Assembly (NCBI RefSeq): GCF_963921235.1
Contig: NC_086115.1
Coordinates: 17,422,001 to 17,486,000, forward strand
Source: Mobula hypostoma
Taxonomy: Eukaryota
Reading direction: 5' to 3'
Length of the DNA stretch: 64,000 nucleotides
The translations under genes and the position numbers were made by a program. Every line of letters begins with the position of its first letter. The stretch's first letter is position 1. Of this stretch, positions 12,601-24,408 are shown in pieces. The notes under the pieces were generated by a model, which made no database searches, had not been told where the DNA came from, and saw only the letters and a list, made by a program, of their open reading frames with translations.

Positions 12601-15600
12601 TGTGATAAGCCTGCTGAACGGATCCTGACCCGGATCTGGACCATACCCTCCAAATATCCGGACCTGCCTCTCGGTTTTTTTGCACTACCTTACTTCCTAT
12701 TTTCTATTTTCTATTTATGATGTATAATTTAAATTTTTAATATTTACTATCGATTTGTACTCCAGGGAGCGCGAAGCGCAGAATCAAATGTCGCTGTGAT
12801 GATTGTATGCTCTAGTATCAATTGTTTGGTGACAATAAAGTATAAAGTAAAGTACTTCACAGGCTGGAACGGAGACTCCAATGCACGGGGTTGCAAATAC
12901 ATCCAGCTCCATCATAGGTACACGTCCTTCTCACCACCGAGGGCATCTTCAAAAGGTGACGCCTCAGTGAGGTGGCATCTATGACTGAGGACCCTCACCA
13001 TTCAGGACGTGTCCTCTTCTCATTACTACCATCGAGGAGCAGGAATAGAGCAACCACATTCAATGTTTTAGGAATAGGCTTTGCCCACCGCTGTCAGATT
13101 TGTGAATTGTCCATGGACCACATTATCTTTAGTGTTGTGAACCTTGTAGTAATTTTATGCCTTTGCACGGTACTGCTGCCACAAAACAACAAATTCCACA
13201 TCATCTTAGACCAGTAATCATGAATCTGAGTATACTCGGCAAGTCGGACAGTGCCCGTGGAGAAAGAGAAAATGGGTTAAGATTACAGATCAATCACATG
13301 ACATGAGAAATGAGCATTGCTGACACAAGCTGGAGAGGCTGGTTATCTGAAGTTGTTGAAGGGCACAAGACCTTGGCGAGACCTCACAGTGAGTTTTGTG
13401 TGAGGGTTCATCTCCTTACCCGAGAAAGGACATTCTCACTCTGGAGGGAGAATAGTGACAGTTCACCATCTAATTCCTGGGATGGCAGGAATAAGAGTGA
13501 TTCCAGAATGGAGCAGGATTGGGTCAACTGGACAAGAGTTTAATAGATTAAATGGGCTAGAACCTGGAGCCACTGGCTAGTTCACCGTCTGATTCCTGGG
13601 ATGGCATGGCTGGCCCATGGAAGGAGATTGGGACAACTGTACAAGAGTAGTAGACTTACTGGACTAGAAACAGGTGCCATAGCTCAGTTGGAACTGAGAT
13701 GAGGGGACATTTCATCAGAGGGTGGGGAAGTAGTGAAATTCCCCACCAGATGAATCTATGGAGAACAGTTCAGTCTATTTTTTGAAGGGGGAGTCAGATA
13801 TTATTTTAAAGGCTAAAGAGACTATGGGATGTGCACAAACAGTCGGAAGCATATTGAATGATGGAGCAGGCTTCAACAGCTATCTCCTGCTCCTGGTTTA
13901 TAAGTTCCTATAAGGTTTCAGGGACTGCACTGTGTCTGGTCAGAAGACGAGGAGCTGTTGCCAGAGGCAACATTGGGCTTCTTTGGAACAGTGTAGGACC
14001 CTGGAGACAGAGAGCTCAGACTGGGAGTGGATGGAGAACTAAAGTGAGTGGAGATTGGAAGACGTCCTTCGCTGATGATTGGAGGTGTTCTACAGGGCGG
14101 CTGTCAAGCCTGTGTTTGCTTTAGCAGCTTAAGGCTGATTTATACTTGTGCATCAAATGTATGCCATAGGTGCGGCGTAGCCACGTACCCTACGCTGTAC
14201 TCTACGCCCATCCCTACGCCGGAGACTAACGTGCACCTCTCCGAAAATGTAACTACGCGTCGTGGCGACGCAGACCGCAACAACTGTGATTGGTCCACTT
14301 GGTAGCATTGCATTTCCTCCTACACTGCAATAGCTTCCCATTGGGCGACTGAAGGGTAGGGAAGGAACTCTGGCTGCAATGTTTTCCATAAAGCTTTACA
14401 GACCTCCGAAATTATGGAGAACCCTGTGCTTGATGCCAGTTTGTAGCTAGCTGCTACAGCCTGTTGACTTCCACCTGAAGCTAAAACTCGAATGGTGATT
14501 GCCAGTCTCTGAGCATACTGTGCGTACACTGATGCGAAATAAATGGTTGGAGATGATGAACCAAATCGTCAAATCTCCCTGCCAACATTGGAAAATATTT
14601 GAAATGTATATCCTCGTCCATGTCTCTCAGTGGCTGGACAAGCACAGGAAATTCACCTTTCTTCAGTTTCAGTCGCCATTGTTTGAAGTTCGAGTTTCTT
14701 CGTGTTGAGTTTCAACATGAAGAAACTCAACACAGTGGCATAGAAACCCCATTGCTAACTAGCGTTTTGGCAGTGAACTGCAGAGCGACGCAGACACACC
14801 AACGCACAAGTATCAATGCTCACAACGGCGTAGCCCACTTGCGTAGGCTACGGCGTAATCTAGTACACACAAGTATAAATCAGCCTTTGGGGATGGAAGA
14901 ATGGATGCTTTGGAATGCGCAGATTGGAAGTGCGTCCAGTGGTAGCTCCAGAAATATGGAGCCTCAGTTGAACGGGGAAGCTGGGGAAATGGGAAACCCT
15001 GTGATAGTTCTGCGTGGAGGACGGGATGAGAGCAGAACTGTGGGATATGAAGACGTGACTCTTGGTGGTGGGAGGGGAGATTATGGTTATGGAACCAGTG
15101 GAGTGGGTAATGCTACAATCAGGGGAGAGGGAGCTGGAGGTAGTGTGAGAATGGCTGGTTATCTGAAGGTGTTGAATAGTACAGGACCTTGATAAGACCT
15201 GTAAGCCCGAGTTCGGTGAGACTGGCTGGAGGAGGTGCAGTCACCAAGTCTGTGGCCTCGTGGTGGAAACTGCTGGCCAACCAAGTGACCAGAGACAGTA
15301 TCAGTAATGTGGAGGAAGGCAAGGTCAGAGATGGACAACAGGAAAGGGAGGGTGCAGAGATACTTGCACCAATATGTTACAGCCCAGCCCTGTTTAACAG
15401 GGAGATGGTTCCTGTTACAGCCCAGCCCTGCGTAACAGGGAGATGGTTCCTGTTACAGCCCAGCCCTGCGTAACAGGGAGATGGTTCCTGTTACAGCCCA
15501 GCCCTGCGTAACAGGGAGATGGTTCCTGTTACAGCACACTCCTGTTCTCACTGTCAATCTACACTCTGTCCCCTGAAGTATTTGTTGTACAAGGTGATAG

Positions 15601-18600
15601 GTCCCTCACTGACACTCACCTCCAGTGCATCGAGGAAGAATGCAATTTCTGCTCCCACCACACGGACGTTCTGCGCAGCCTGGCTAAACACACATTGAGA
15701 GCCACCATTCCAGTCCACACCGATGCAGTTGACACCATCCACTTGTAGAATAGTCTTGAAAGAGAGAGCAGATACTGAGATCGGTCAGATCCCCACTCCA
15801 CGGCAGCACCCACCACTGGAGGTCAGACGGCACGGAAATCAGCCACTCGGCCCATCCCTTGCATGCTGTAATCCAGCCTCAAACCCTTTCCCTCCCATCC
15901 AGATTCCAACTTCCCCAAGAAGTGTCAGCTCTGGGTGGATAAATGCCCATATTTTTATCTGATGCCCAATCCCAGGAGTGATCCGCTTTTCAGGTATTGT
16001 GAAAGTATTTAAAGTGAAAGTTTGCACATTTTTAAAGTTCTCATACACTGAGGGCCAAAGAGATTAAGTCCAAAGTTCTGTGAGTGCCGTGTAATTCAAT
16101 AGGACAGCAGGGGAACAGGCTCTTCGGCCTGTCAGTTGCAGACCGTCCATATCCCCCATTCCCTGCCCCTTTACTTGTCTGTCTAAAGGCTTCATTAATA
16201 CTGCTGTCATATCTAGTTCTACCAACTCTCGGCCAAAGTTCCAGGCACCCACCACTCTCTGTTTTTAAAAAAAACTTGCCTCACAAATCTCGTTTTGACT
16301 TCTCTCCTCTCACCACAAGCCTATGCATTCACGTATTTGACATTTCCGCTCTGGGACAAAGACTCTATCAACCCTTTCCATGCCTCTCATCGTTGTGTAT
16401 AGTTTATTTAGGTCAGCCCTCAGCCTCTGAGACTCCAAACAAATCATTCTAAATCTGTCCAAGCTGGTACTCACTAATCCAGGCAACACCATGGTGAACC
16501 TCTTCTGCACCCTCTCCAAAGTCTCCACACCCTTCTGTAATGAGGTGACCGGAACTGAACGCACATACTCCAGATGCAGTCTAACCCAAGTTTTATACAG
16601 ATGCAACATGGATTGCTATTCTTTATATCACTACCCCAATGTATCCCCACTTCCGGGGCTCCACTCCGGATTTGCTCCCGGAGCCTTTGTCTTCACCTTG
16701 TTCACTGCCCTACTTGCATCACTTCAGTAAACTATAGACTCACTCCCAAAATCCCTCTGCACATCAGTGTTCCTCAGGGCCCTGCCATTTACTTCCTTTT
16801 ACATGTGACCTCACTTTGTTCAGATTCAACTCATCTTTCATTTCTCCACACTCATTTCCAGCCGGTCTATATCACACTATGTCCTTTGACACATTTCTTC
16901 ACCATCCATATCCTCTACAGTTCTGCATACTTTCTAATCAGATCACCAGCATCTTTGTTGGTATAGATGTCTGGTGGTGGTTGGTTGGCATCTGTCTGTC
17001 TCGAAGAACAATGGATGATGATGATCATCAGCACAAGCCTGGGCAGAGGGTATGGAGATCCTGAGATGCCCAGTCGTCGAGATCCCCCTCTTGGCCTCAC
17101 CAGTGTAGTCCAAAGGAAACTTTATGAAGAAATACGTTTGGCACCAGCTTGGCTGCAGGAGCTGCTGGAAGGATGTTCCTTGATGTTCAGCTGGACTTGC
17201 TGTCTGGGTTTACTCCTGTAGCCTTCATCTCTTCCGAGATGTCTGGTAATTAGGACACATTGGGGCCAGTGCATTTTGGCCCAATTAAGCACCTGCCCTA
17301 ATTAGCCAAAGTTTCATGGAAATAGTTCAAAAGAGACAAGCCACCATTAACTGAGTAACAAATTATGTATTTAAATGAAAGGCAGAACAAATCAGTACAC
17401 TATCAGTACTACTACAGTACTATAATGGTTATCATCAGATGAATGAATCCTGTGTTCGCTGCCATCTTCTTCTGATTAACTGTAAATGAACAAAATCAGC
17501 GTAGACACCTGGTGCAGATCGTGGACTGTCTTCATATAATCCTTTCGAGGATTGCATTCTCCAAATCTTCATTTTCATTGTTACGTGTAAGAGGATTATT
17601 GATACCTTCAAGTTCTTCATCGTTCCTAACTTGCTGAAGTAGTGAAATCGTTTTATTTTCACTCCTAGATGTATCTGGCATCTCCAAGCCCGAGTGTTTG
17701 AAACTTCAGTGAGCAAAGCAGTTCTCAATTGTCTTACTGTTTATTTCTCACCAACTATCACTGCTTTTTGGACACAAACACACTAGCCTGATGCTATTTA
17801 AAAACTGTTCACTCTGAGCACATGACTGACGCTAGTTAGAAACCATTTGCCAATAGGGTCCTGCCCCAATTAAGCGACATAGTGCCCCACAGAAATAAAT
17901 GAAACACCGGCTGTTTTCTAGATTATTTTTTGTTCTTTAAGAATTGGTCCAATTACCCAATGGCCCAATTAGCTGGAATCCACAGTAATTGATATAAAAT
18001 CACAAAGAACAGATATTCCAGCACTGATCCCTGCAGAACACACTGGTCACAGACCTCCAGCCATAAAAACACCCCTCTACCATTACCGCCAGTTTTCCCT
18101 GGACAAGTTAATTCCAGATACAATTTACCAGATCCACACTTTACACTGTGGATTCTACGTGCCCTGATCATCTAGACCAGGCTACCACGAGGGAACATGT
18201 TGAACATTTCACTTAAGTGAACTGCTCCAGCCCGATCAGTCACCTTCATCATATCCTTAAAATACTCAAACAAGTTTGTTAGATAGGCTGTCTGCCGTAC
18301 AATGCCATGCTGACTATCCCTAATAAACCAAGGGGTTTCCAAATGTGAATAAATCCTGTCCCTGAGAATCTTCAATAATTTCTCGATCATTGATATAATG
18401 CTGGGATGGAATAGGCGCCCTTCCTTCGTTCATCGAATCTGCCCATCATCCCTTCCCTCACCCTCCAACCACAGTAGTGTAGCGGTTAGAGTGATACTGT
18501 TGCAGCTCGGGGCGTTGGAGTTGGGAGTTCATTCCTGGCGTCCTCCGTAAGGAATGTCGGTACGTCCTCCCCGTGGGATGTGCGGGCTGCCCTAGCTTCC

Positions 18601-21600
18601 TCCCACGCTCCAAGACCTTCCGGGCAGGTTAGCTGGGCATTGTACATTGTCCTGTGATTAGGTTGGGTTGAATCGGGGTTGTGAGAGGTTGCAGAAGGGC
18701 CTATTCTGCACAAAATCTCGAAATAAATAATCCCTCGTGTAAGGTCACTTCTCCCCAAACAGACTCACCAGTTCTAGAGGAACGGCAATTTTCTTCACAC
18801 CACATCACACACCGACCTGCTCCTCTCACCTCACTCAGACTGTCAGATCACACCTCACACTGACACAGATCACACCTCACACACACACCTCAGTCTGACT
18901 GTCAGGTCACACCTCACACTGACACAGATCACTCCTCACACACACACCTCAGTCTGACTGTCAGATCACACCTCACACTGACACAGATCACTCCTCACAC
19001 ACACAATTCACACTGACACACAGATCACACCTCACACTGACACAGATCACACCTCACTCTGACTGTCAGATCACACCGACACAGATCGCACCTCACACTG
19101 ATACAGCTCACAACTCGCACTGACACACAGATCACACCTCACGCCTCACACTGACACACACACACTTCACATTGATACAGCTCACACCTCACACCGACAC
19201 ACGGCTCACAACTCACACCGCACTGTGCCCCACAACTCCCACCTTGCACAGATCCACGACCCATTGGGAATCTCCATTTTTCAGATGTCCGTGGACGACC
19301 AGGACACTCTTCTGATTGGTGTCAAAGTTAGAGGCAGCAACCGTCTGCGGATGTGTCCCGCTGATTTCCTGCAGAGACAACACGATTAAAACTCTTTAAA
19401 TGAGACCGCGTATCCCTGGCCTGGTTGCAGAGTGGGACATGGGCAGGAGCAGCCACAAACAGGGAGAGAGGATGGGGACTAGGGGACAAAGTGGGTGAAG
19501 GACAGCCCTTCTCCTGAACTCCTCGCTCTGGGAGAGAAACCTCTGGCTCTGGCTGAGAAAAGACGGAGCTCCACTCTCACCCTACAGTCGTGGTTTGACC
19601 ATAGCTCAAGGCTCTACTAAGGGATCCGTAAAACCACACACCACAAGACATAGGAGCAGAATTAGACCATTCGTCCCATCGTGTCTGCTGCTCCGGTCCA
19701 TCACGGCTGATTTATTATGATCCCTTTGAATCCTGCCATCTCCCCGTGTGCCTTTACCAATCAAGAACATATCAACCTCAATGTACCCAATGGTTTGGCT
19801 TCCACTGCCGTCTGGAATAACAAATTCCACCGATTCATTGCCCCCTGGCCAAAGAAATTCATCCTCTACTCTGTTCTAAAGGGAGAACAGAGAAGAGGGG
19901 TCCTTCTATTCCGAGACAGCACACTCTGGTCCTAGACTCCTCCACTACTGGAGCCATCCTCGGCAAGATCACTCTATCTGGCCCTTTCAATGCTTTCCTA
20001 AATTCCAGCAAGTACAGTCCTAGAGCCATTAAATGTCCCTCGTACGGCACTGCCTCACACCAGGGTCCCTGTAGTTACAGGAGCAACGCGGAAACGTAAC
20101 TGCGCGCAACAAGATCCCACAAAGAACAATAACGCTTATTGCTGTGTACCTGTCCAAACATCCTTTAAGCATTGTAATTGTACCCTCCTCTGGCATCTTG
20201 TTCCATATACCCGCCACCCTGTGCTTCGCAAGCTTACCCCTCAGATTCCCTTCTCACCTGAAACTATGCCTTCTTGCTTTAGACTCCCCCACTCAGGGAA
20301 AGACCACGATCGGCCACGTCAGACGACATGGCAAACGACGAGCGAGCGAACGCCGGGAAAACGACCGTGACCATCCACCTTATCTACACAGTTGATGGTT
20401 TTATAAACTTCTGTCACCCTGCCCCACACCCCAGTGTGGCGGCCAGCGCAATGCTTTACGGTGCCAGCAATCGGCTTGTAATTCCCGCCGCCGTCTATAA
20501 GGAGTGTACGTTCTCTCTGTGACGGCGTGCGTTTCCGCTGGTTTCATCCCACGTTCCAAAAACGTATGGATAGGGTTCGTGTGTTGGAGGCAGGCACTAC
20601 AATTTACTGTATGTCTCAATATATGTGATAAATAAACTCTGTAAACTTTATCTTTATCTCCTCCTCTCCAGGGAAAACAGTCCCAGCCTGTCCTGTGTCC
20701 CACTGTAACTCGAGCTTTCCAGACCGGGCAACGATCCGGGCAATGAACCGTCCCTAGATTAAAAGCACCTTCGGCTGTTTGGCCTGGGTGAAGGTGGTGT
20801 TACCTGGAAGCTGTCGGGGTTCTCCCTGGTGTAGAGCAGGAAACGGGTGCCGATTTTCTCAGGGCTCCAGGGGTCCCTGGCAACGGGTCTTTCCTTGGTC
20901 CCTGTCCATGGGTATCCACGGGCGAAACAGCCCAGCTTATCGTAGCATATTTCATCCGGTCCACCTGCCAACACTGAGACACAATGAGGTACCAATGAAG
21001 TGCAGTCACTGGGTGACGAACAAGCTCTCCTGTACGCCTGTCACACCGCAACCGTACCTAGCTGATTACATCTTGATGCCCAGGCTCCCAAATCAACACC
21101 CTCACCATCACTCTGCCTTCCCAGATGCTGCCTGACTCGCTGAGTTCATCCAGCAGTTTGCTGTTCACTCCAAATTCCCGCGTCTGCAGTGCTCCGTGTC
21201 TCCGAACTTGCAGAGCTGTAGTTCCCTTTGTTACCCCCACTCTGTAGCGGTCACTACTCCCCCGCCCCCCGCCGTTCTACCCTCCAGATCCAAAATTTTG
21301 CTCCCTAACGTATCCGATCTGGTCCCAAGTTCGCCATTCGCATTTCTGACTCTGACCGTCATCAGCTTCTGAATTCAGTTCACATTTTAAAACGGTATCA
21401 TGAAAAACTCTGCTGGAATATTGAGTTCAGTCTGGTCACCTCATTATAGGAAGAATGTGAATGCTTTAGAGAGGGCGGAGAGGAGATTTATGAGGATGCT
21501 GCCTGGATTAGGGAGCATGTTTTATAAGGAGTGGTTGAACATGCTTTGGGGTGAAGGAGGATGAGAGACGACTTGGTAGAGGTGTACGGGATGTTAGGAG

Positions 21601-22369
21601 ACACAGAGTGGTCAGTAACCACCTTTTTTCCTAGAGTGGAAATGGCTAATATGAGAGAGCATAATTTTAAGGTGACTGGAGGAAAGTATTGGGGGGGGGG
21701 TAATAGGTGCTTTTTTTAAATATAGAGAATATCGTTTTTTATAGAGTGGGAATGGAAAGAGCGTGGAACACACTGCCAGGGGTATAGCCGTGGAGGCAGA
21801 CACATTAGGGACATTATTAAGAGACTCTGAGATAAGCACATGGATGAAAGAACAATGCAGATCTATGCGGGAGGGAAGTGTTAGATTGATCATGTAGGTC
21901 AGCACAACATTGCGGGCCGAAGGGTCTGTGCTGTGCTGTAAGTTCTATGTTCCATAAAACTCTCATCCCTGTTTCCTATCCCCCATGCCTGCCCACTTCC
22001 CTGCCATTGTCCCCTCCAGCAACCTTACAACAAATCTCTGTCTGACTCTAATTCTCGCCTCCTGACCTCCTCCAATTTATCTCCCCTGGGCTAAGACCCG
22101 AGATCTGGAACTCTCCCCCTAATCCTACTCCGCTTCTCTCTACTCCGTGAAGGCGTCCCTTTAAGCCAATTTCTGCCTTTATTTCACTACCTGATTCAAT
22201 TAAATTTTATCTATGACTGCAAGCCCACCCATAATGCAGGGGGGGGGGGGGAAACACCGTATCTCTCAGTTTAAGCACCGAAGGAACCAAGCCATTAACA
22301 AATGCTTTCTGGTCAGTTACCGTTGGCTCTGGTGAGAAGGAAAGTGATGGGGATCCACAGACTCAGCAT
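6559..22369 (-). CDS. Pancreatic lipase family gene (PNLIP/PNLIPRP-like), partial: join of 22369-22321, 20964-20804, 19368-19243, 15754-15620, 7887-7779, 7239-7120, 6678-6559; catalytic Ser replaced by Gly; remaining exons lie left of the window
   Basis: All exons GT-AG and phase-compatible, 820 nt open. Signal peptide [17 protein letters not shown]; [10 protein letters not shown]; NCIGVDW; [20 protein letters not shown]; [14 protein letters not shown] and lid sequence match pancreatic lipases. Confidence 0.93.
7120..7239 (-). CDS. Lipase coding exon 6 ([41 protein letters not shown]; catalytic Asp)
   Basis: 120 nt, canonical splice sites, GLDP motif. Confidence 0.93.
7779..7887 (-). CDS. 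Lipase coding exon 5 ([37 protein letters not shown]; nucleophile elbow GHGLG)
   Basis: 109 nt, canonical splice sites; GGA codon at 7842-7840 where Ser is expected. Confidence 0.93.
7990..8325 (+). mobile_element. tRNA-derived SINE
   Basis: GGCACGGTAGCGTAATGGTT head and GGTTCAAACCC B-box; related copies elsewhere in the window (e.g. ~18470, ~48770, ~50800 and ~61630, some on the minus strand). Confidence 0.6.
8327..8755 (-). mobile_element. Rex1/Babar-type LINE 3' fragment with (GTCATA)n tail
   Basis: ORF 8482-8724 SHPLH...[11 protein letters not shown] resembles the LINE RT C-terminus; microsatellite tail at 8327-8346. Confidence 0.7.
9253..12852 (+). mobile_element. Rex1/Babar-type LINE 3' fragment, split by a CR1 insertion and itself inserted in an older Rex-like fragment (~9125-9247 and 12858-13210)
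   Basis: [15 protein letters not shown]...[12 protein letters not shown] (9313-9596) resumes at 12444 ([10 protein letters not shown]...NSFFPTVI); candidate TSD TACTT at 9248-9252 and 12853-12857. Confidence 0.75.
9597..12439 (+). mobile_element. CR1 LINE, 5'-truncated ORF2 (APE endonuclease + RT), one premature stop at 11834-11836
   Basis: GITETW, YRPP, GDFN, SDH endonuclease motifs; [24 protein letters not shown] motifs; ORFs 9728-11836 and 11849-12343 share a frame; (TTTCTATG)n tail. Confidence 0.95.
14132..14886 (-). mobile_element. Non-autonomous PIF/Harbinger DNA transposon with transposase remnant
   Basis: TIR AGGCTGATTTATACTTGTG at both ends; TTA/TTG flanks; [28 protein letters not shown] is Harbinger-transposase-like; second copy at 60179-60953. 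Confidence 0.8.
15375..15535. repeat. 38-bp minisatellite, ~4.2 copies, each with an internal inverted repeat CCTGTTAC/GTAACAGG
   Basis: TGTTACAG recurs at 15375, 15413, 15451, 15489 and 15527. Confidence 0.95.
15620..15754 (-). CDS. Lipase coding exon 4 ([45 protein letters not shown])
   Basis: 135 nt, ag|...|gtgagt; NCIxVDW and [11 protein letters not shown] motifs. Confidence 0.93.
16100..16620 (-). mobile_element. Degenerate CR1 3' fragment
   Basis: [12 protein letters not shown]...LERVQKRFT similar to the CR1 ORF2 C-terminus. Confidence 0.75.
18800..19225. repeat. Low-complexity tandem repeat (CACACCTCACACTGACACAGAT-like units) just inside the intron after lipase coding exon 3
   Basis: Direct reading. 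Confidence 0.9.
19243..19368 (-). CDS. Lipase coding exon 3 ([42 protein letters not shown])
   Basis: 126 nt, canonical splice sites; SNF...HG motif; not in the ORF track. Confidence 0.9.
20804..20964 (-). CDS. Lipase coding exon 2 ([53 protein letters not shown])
   Basis: 161 nt, canonical splice sites; CY..LGCF, PWSP, TRFLLYT motifs. Confidence 0.93.
22321..22369 (-). CDS. Lipase coding exon 1, signal peptide [16 protein letters not shown](G)
   Basis: ttctctttcag|ATG...AACG|gtaac; hydrophobic leader; phase 1 matches the next exon. Confidence 0.85.
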
Positions 22370-24181
22370 CTGAAAGAGAAACGGAGCTGCTTCAAACACT
22401 CCTGTGGAGTGACGGATTCTTAAAACGCTCACACTGACAATAACTTAAACCACGGGATTGTGTTCTCCAGAGAAATAAGAGGAAACTCTGCGAAAACAAG
22501 CTCTTCCAAAGGCTCGATGAGCTGAGTATGAGGGATTTCCCTGTGCGACAAGTCTAGGACATGGGGAACATAGTCTGAGAACAGGTCACCTGCTTCGCAC
22601 AGAGATAAGAAAGTTCTTCATTCAGAGCCGGTGAAACTTTGGATTTCTCTTCCAGGAGGAAGGTCATGGAGGCTGAACCTACTCCACTTAGAGATCAATA
22701 GATCTCTGGATATTGAGGGAATCAAGTAATATTGCAGGGAGATGGTGCCATGGTAGACCGGCCAGGTTGACCTGCTGGGACAGGTTTATGGGCCAGGCAG
22801 GTCACCTTGTTCTGCTGTTCTTTCTGCCCCAGTACTGGATAGGTGGTGTCAACTGCGAACCAGATGTTGAATCTGATCCCACCTATCCCCCAGGGAGAAG
22901 ATCCCAGATCACATCCCACTGCATTAAACCTATCTCCACATGAGTGCTTATCCCCTCAAATCCACTCCACGAGGGGGACCTGCTACCTGTGGGGAGGGGT
23001 TGCTGGGTTGCAGGAGGAGTCCATGTGGCCGAGCAAGCTGGGGAGGCTTCACCCAAAAGCTTTGATGGGGGCACATTAGATTATTTTCCTTTGGAACGCA
23101 GGAAGATGAGAGGACAGTTAATCAAGCTAATTGGCAGGAGGTAAACAGTGGGAATAAGTGGAACCTTTTCTGATTGGCCGCCGGTGACTCGTGGTGTTCC
23201 ACAGCGGTCAGTGTTAGGACCCCAGTTTTTACATTGTATGTCAGTGATTTGGGTGACGGAATTGATCACTCTGTGGCCAGGTTTGCAGATGTTACGAAGA
23301 TAGGTGGAGGGGCAGATAATGTTGAGAAAGCAGGGAGGTTGCAGAAGGACTTGGACAGATTAGGAGAATGACAAAGAAGTGGCAGATGGATTACAGTGCT
23401 GGGAAATGTATGGCCATGCACTTGGTAGGAGGAATAAAAACGTAGACTGTTTTCTAATCGGGAGAAAATTCAAAAGTCAGAGGTGCAAAGGGGCTTCGGA
23501 GTCCTCGCAAAAGATTCCCTAAAGGTTGATTTGCAGGTTGGGTCAATGGTGAGAAAGTTAAATATAATGTTAGCGTTCATTTCAAGAGTTAATAGATGTT
23601 GTTTGCTTGGATTTTCAGAAGGCCTTTGACAAAGTGCCACACGTGAGGTTGCTTAACAAGTTAAGAGCTAATAGTACGGCAGGACAGATGCTAGCATGGA
23701 TAGCTGATTGGCTGATCAGCGGGAGGCAAAGAGGGAATAAAGGAGCCTTTTCTGTTTGGCTACGGTTGACTCGTGGTGTTTGCAGGGGTCGGTGTTGTGA
23801 CCGCTTCTTTTCACGTTACGTGTCAGTGATTTGGACAACAGAATTGATGGCTTTGTGGCCAAGTTTGCGGGTGATACGAAAATAGATGGAGGGACAGGTA
23901 GTGTTGAGGAAGCAGGGAGTCTGTAAAAGGACTCAGACAGATTGGGAGAATGGGAAAAGAAGTGGCAGATGGAATATAATGTAGGGAAGTGTATAGTCAG
24001 GTAGTTTGGTGGAAGGAATATAGACATAGACTATTTTCTAAAGAATCATGGGGTGCAAAGGGACTTGAGAGTCCTTGGGCGGGATTCCCTAAACTTGCAG
24101 GTTGAATCAGCGGTAAGGAAGGCAAATACAATGTTCGCAGTATTTCAAGAGGTCTAGCATATAAAAGCAAGAATGTAATGC

Positions 24182-24408
24182 AAACACGATGAAATCTGCA
24201 GATGCTGGAATTTCAAGCAACACACATAAAAGTTGCTGGTGAACGCAGCAGGCCAGGCAGCATCTCTAGGAAGAGGTACAGTCGACGTTTCGGGCCGAGA
24301 CCCCTCGTCAGGACTAACTGAAAGAAGAACTAGTAAGAGATTTGAAAGTGGAAGGGGGAGGGGGAGATCCGAAATGATAGAAGAAGACGGGAGGGGGAGG
24401 GATGGATC
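24182..24408 (-). mobile_element. Penelope-like element terminal (pLTR) fragment with 10-bp TSD, inserted in CR1
   Basis: TSD AATGTAATGC at 24172-24181 and 24409-24418; near-identical to 35915-36132. Confidence 0.85.
24280..24315 (-). ncRNA. Minimal type I hammerhead ribozyme motif
   Basis: AGUC-CUGACGA-G-GGG(UCUCGG)CCC-GAAAC-GUC-GACU: full core, stem I AGUC/GACU, palindromic ACGU helix III. Confidence 0.7.

Noticed and set aside
14599-15192. 197-aa ORF
   Set aside because: Crosses a Harbinger element end into other repeat sequence; no recognisable domain
15375-15535. Palindromic 38-bp repeats resembling CRISPR direct repeats
   Set aside because: Units are head-to-tail with no spacers
17240-17990. 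Possible pogo/Tigger-type MITE (recurrent GCCCAATTA, TA end)
   Set aside because: Left TIR too degraded to define boundaries confidently
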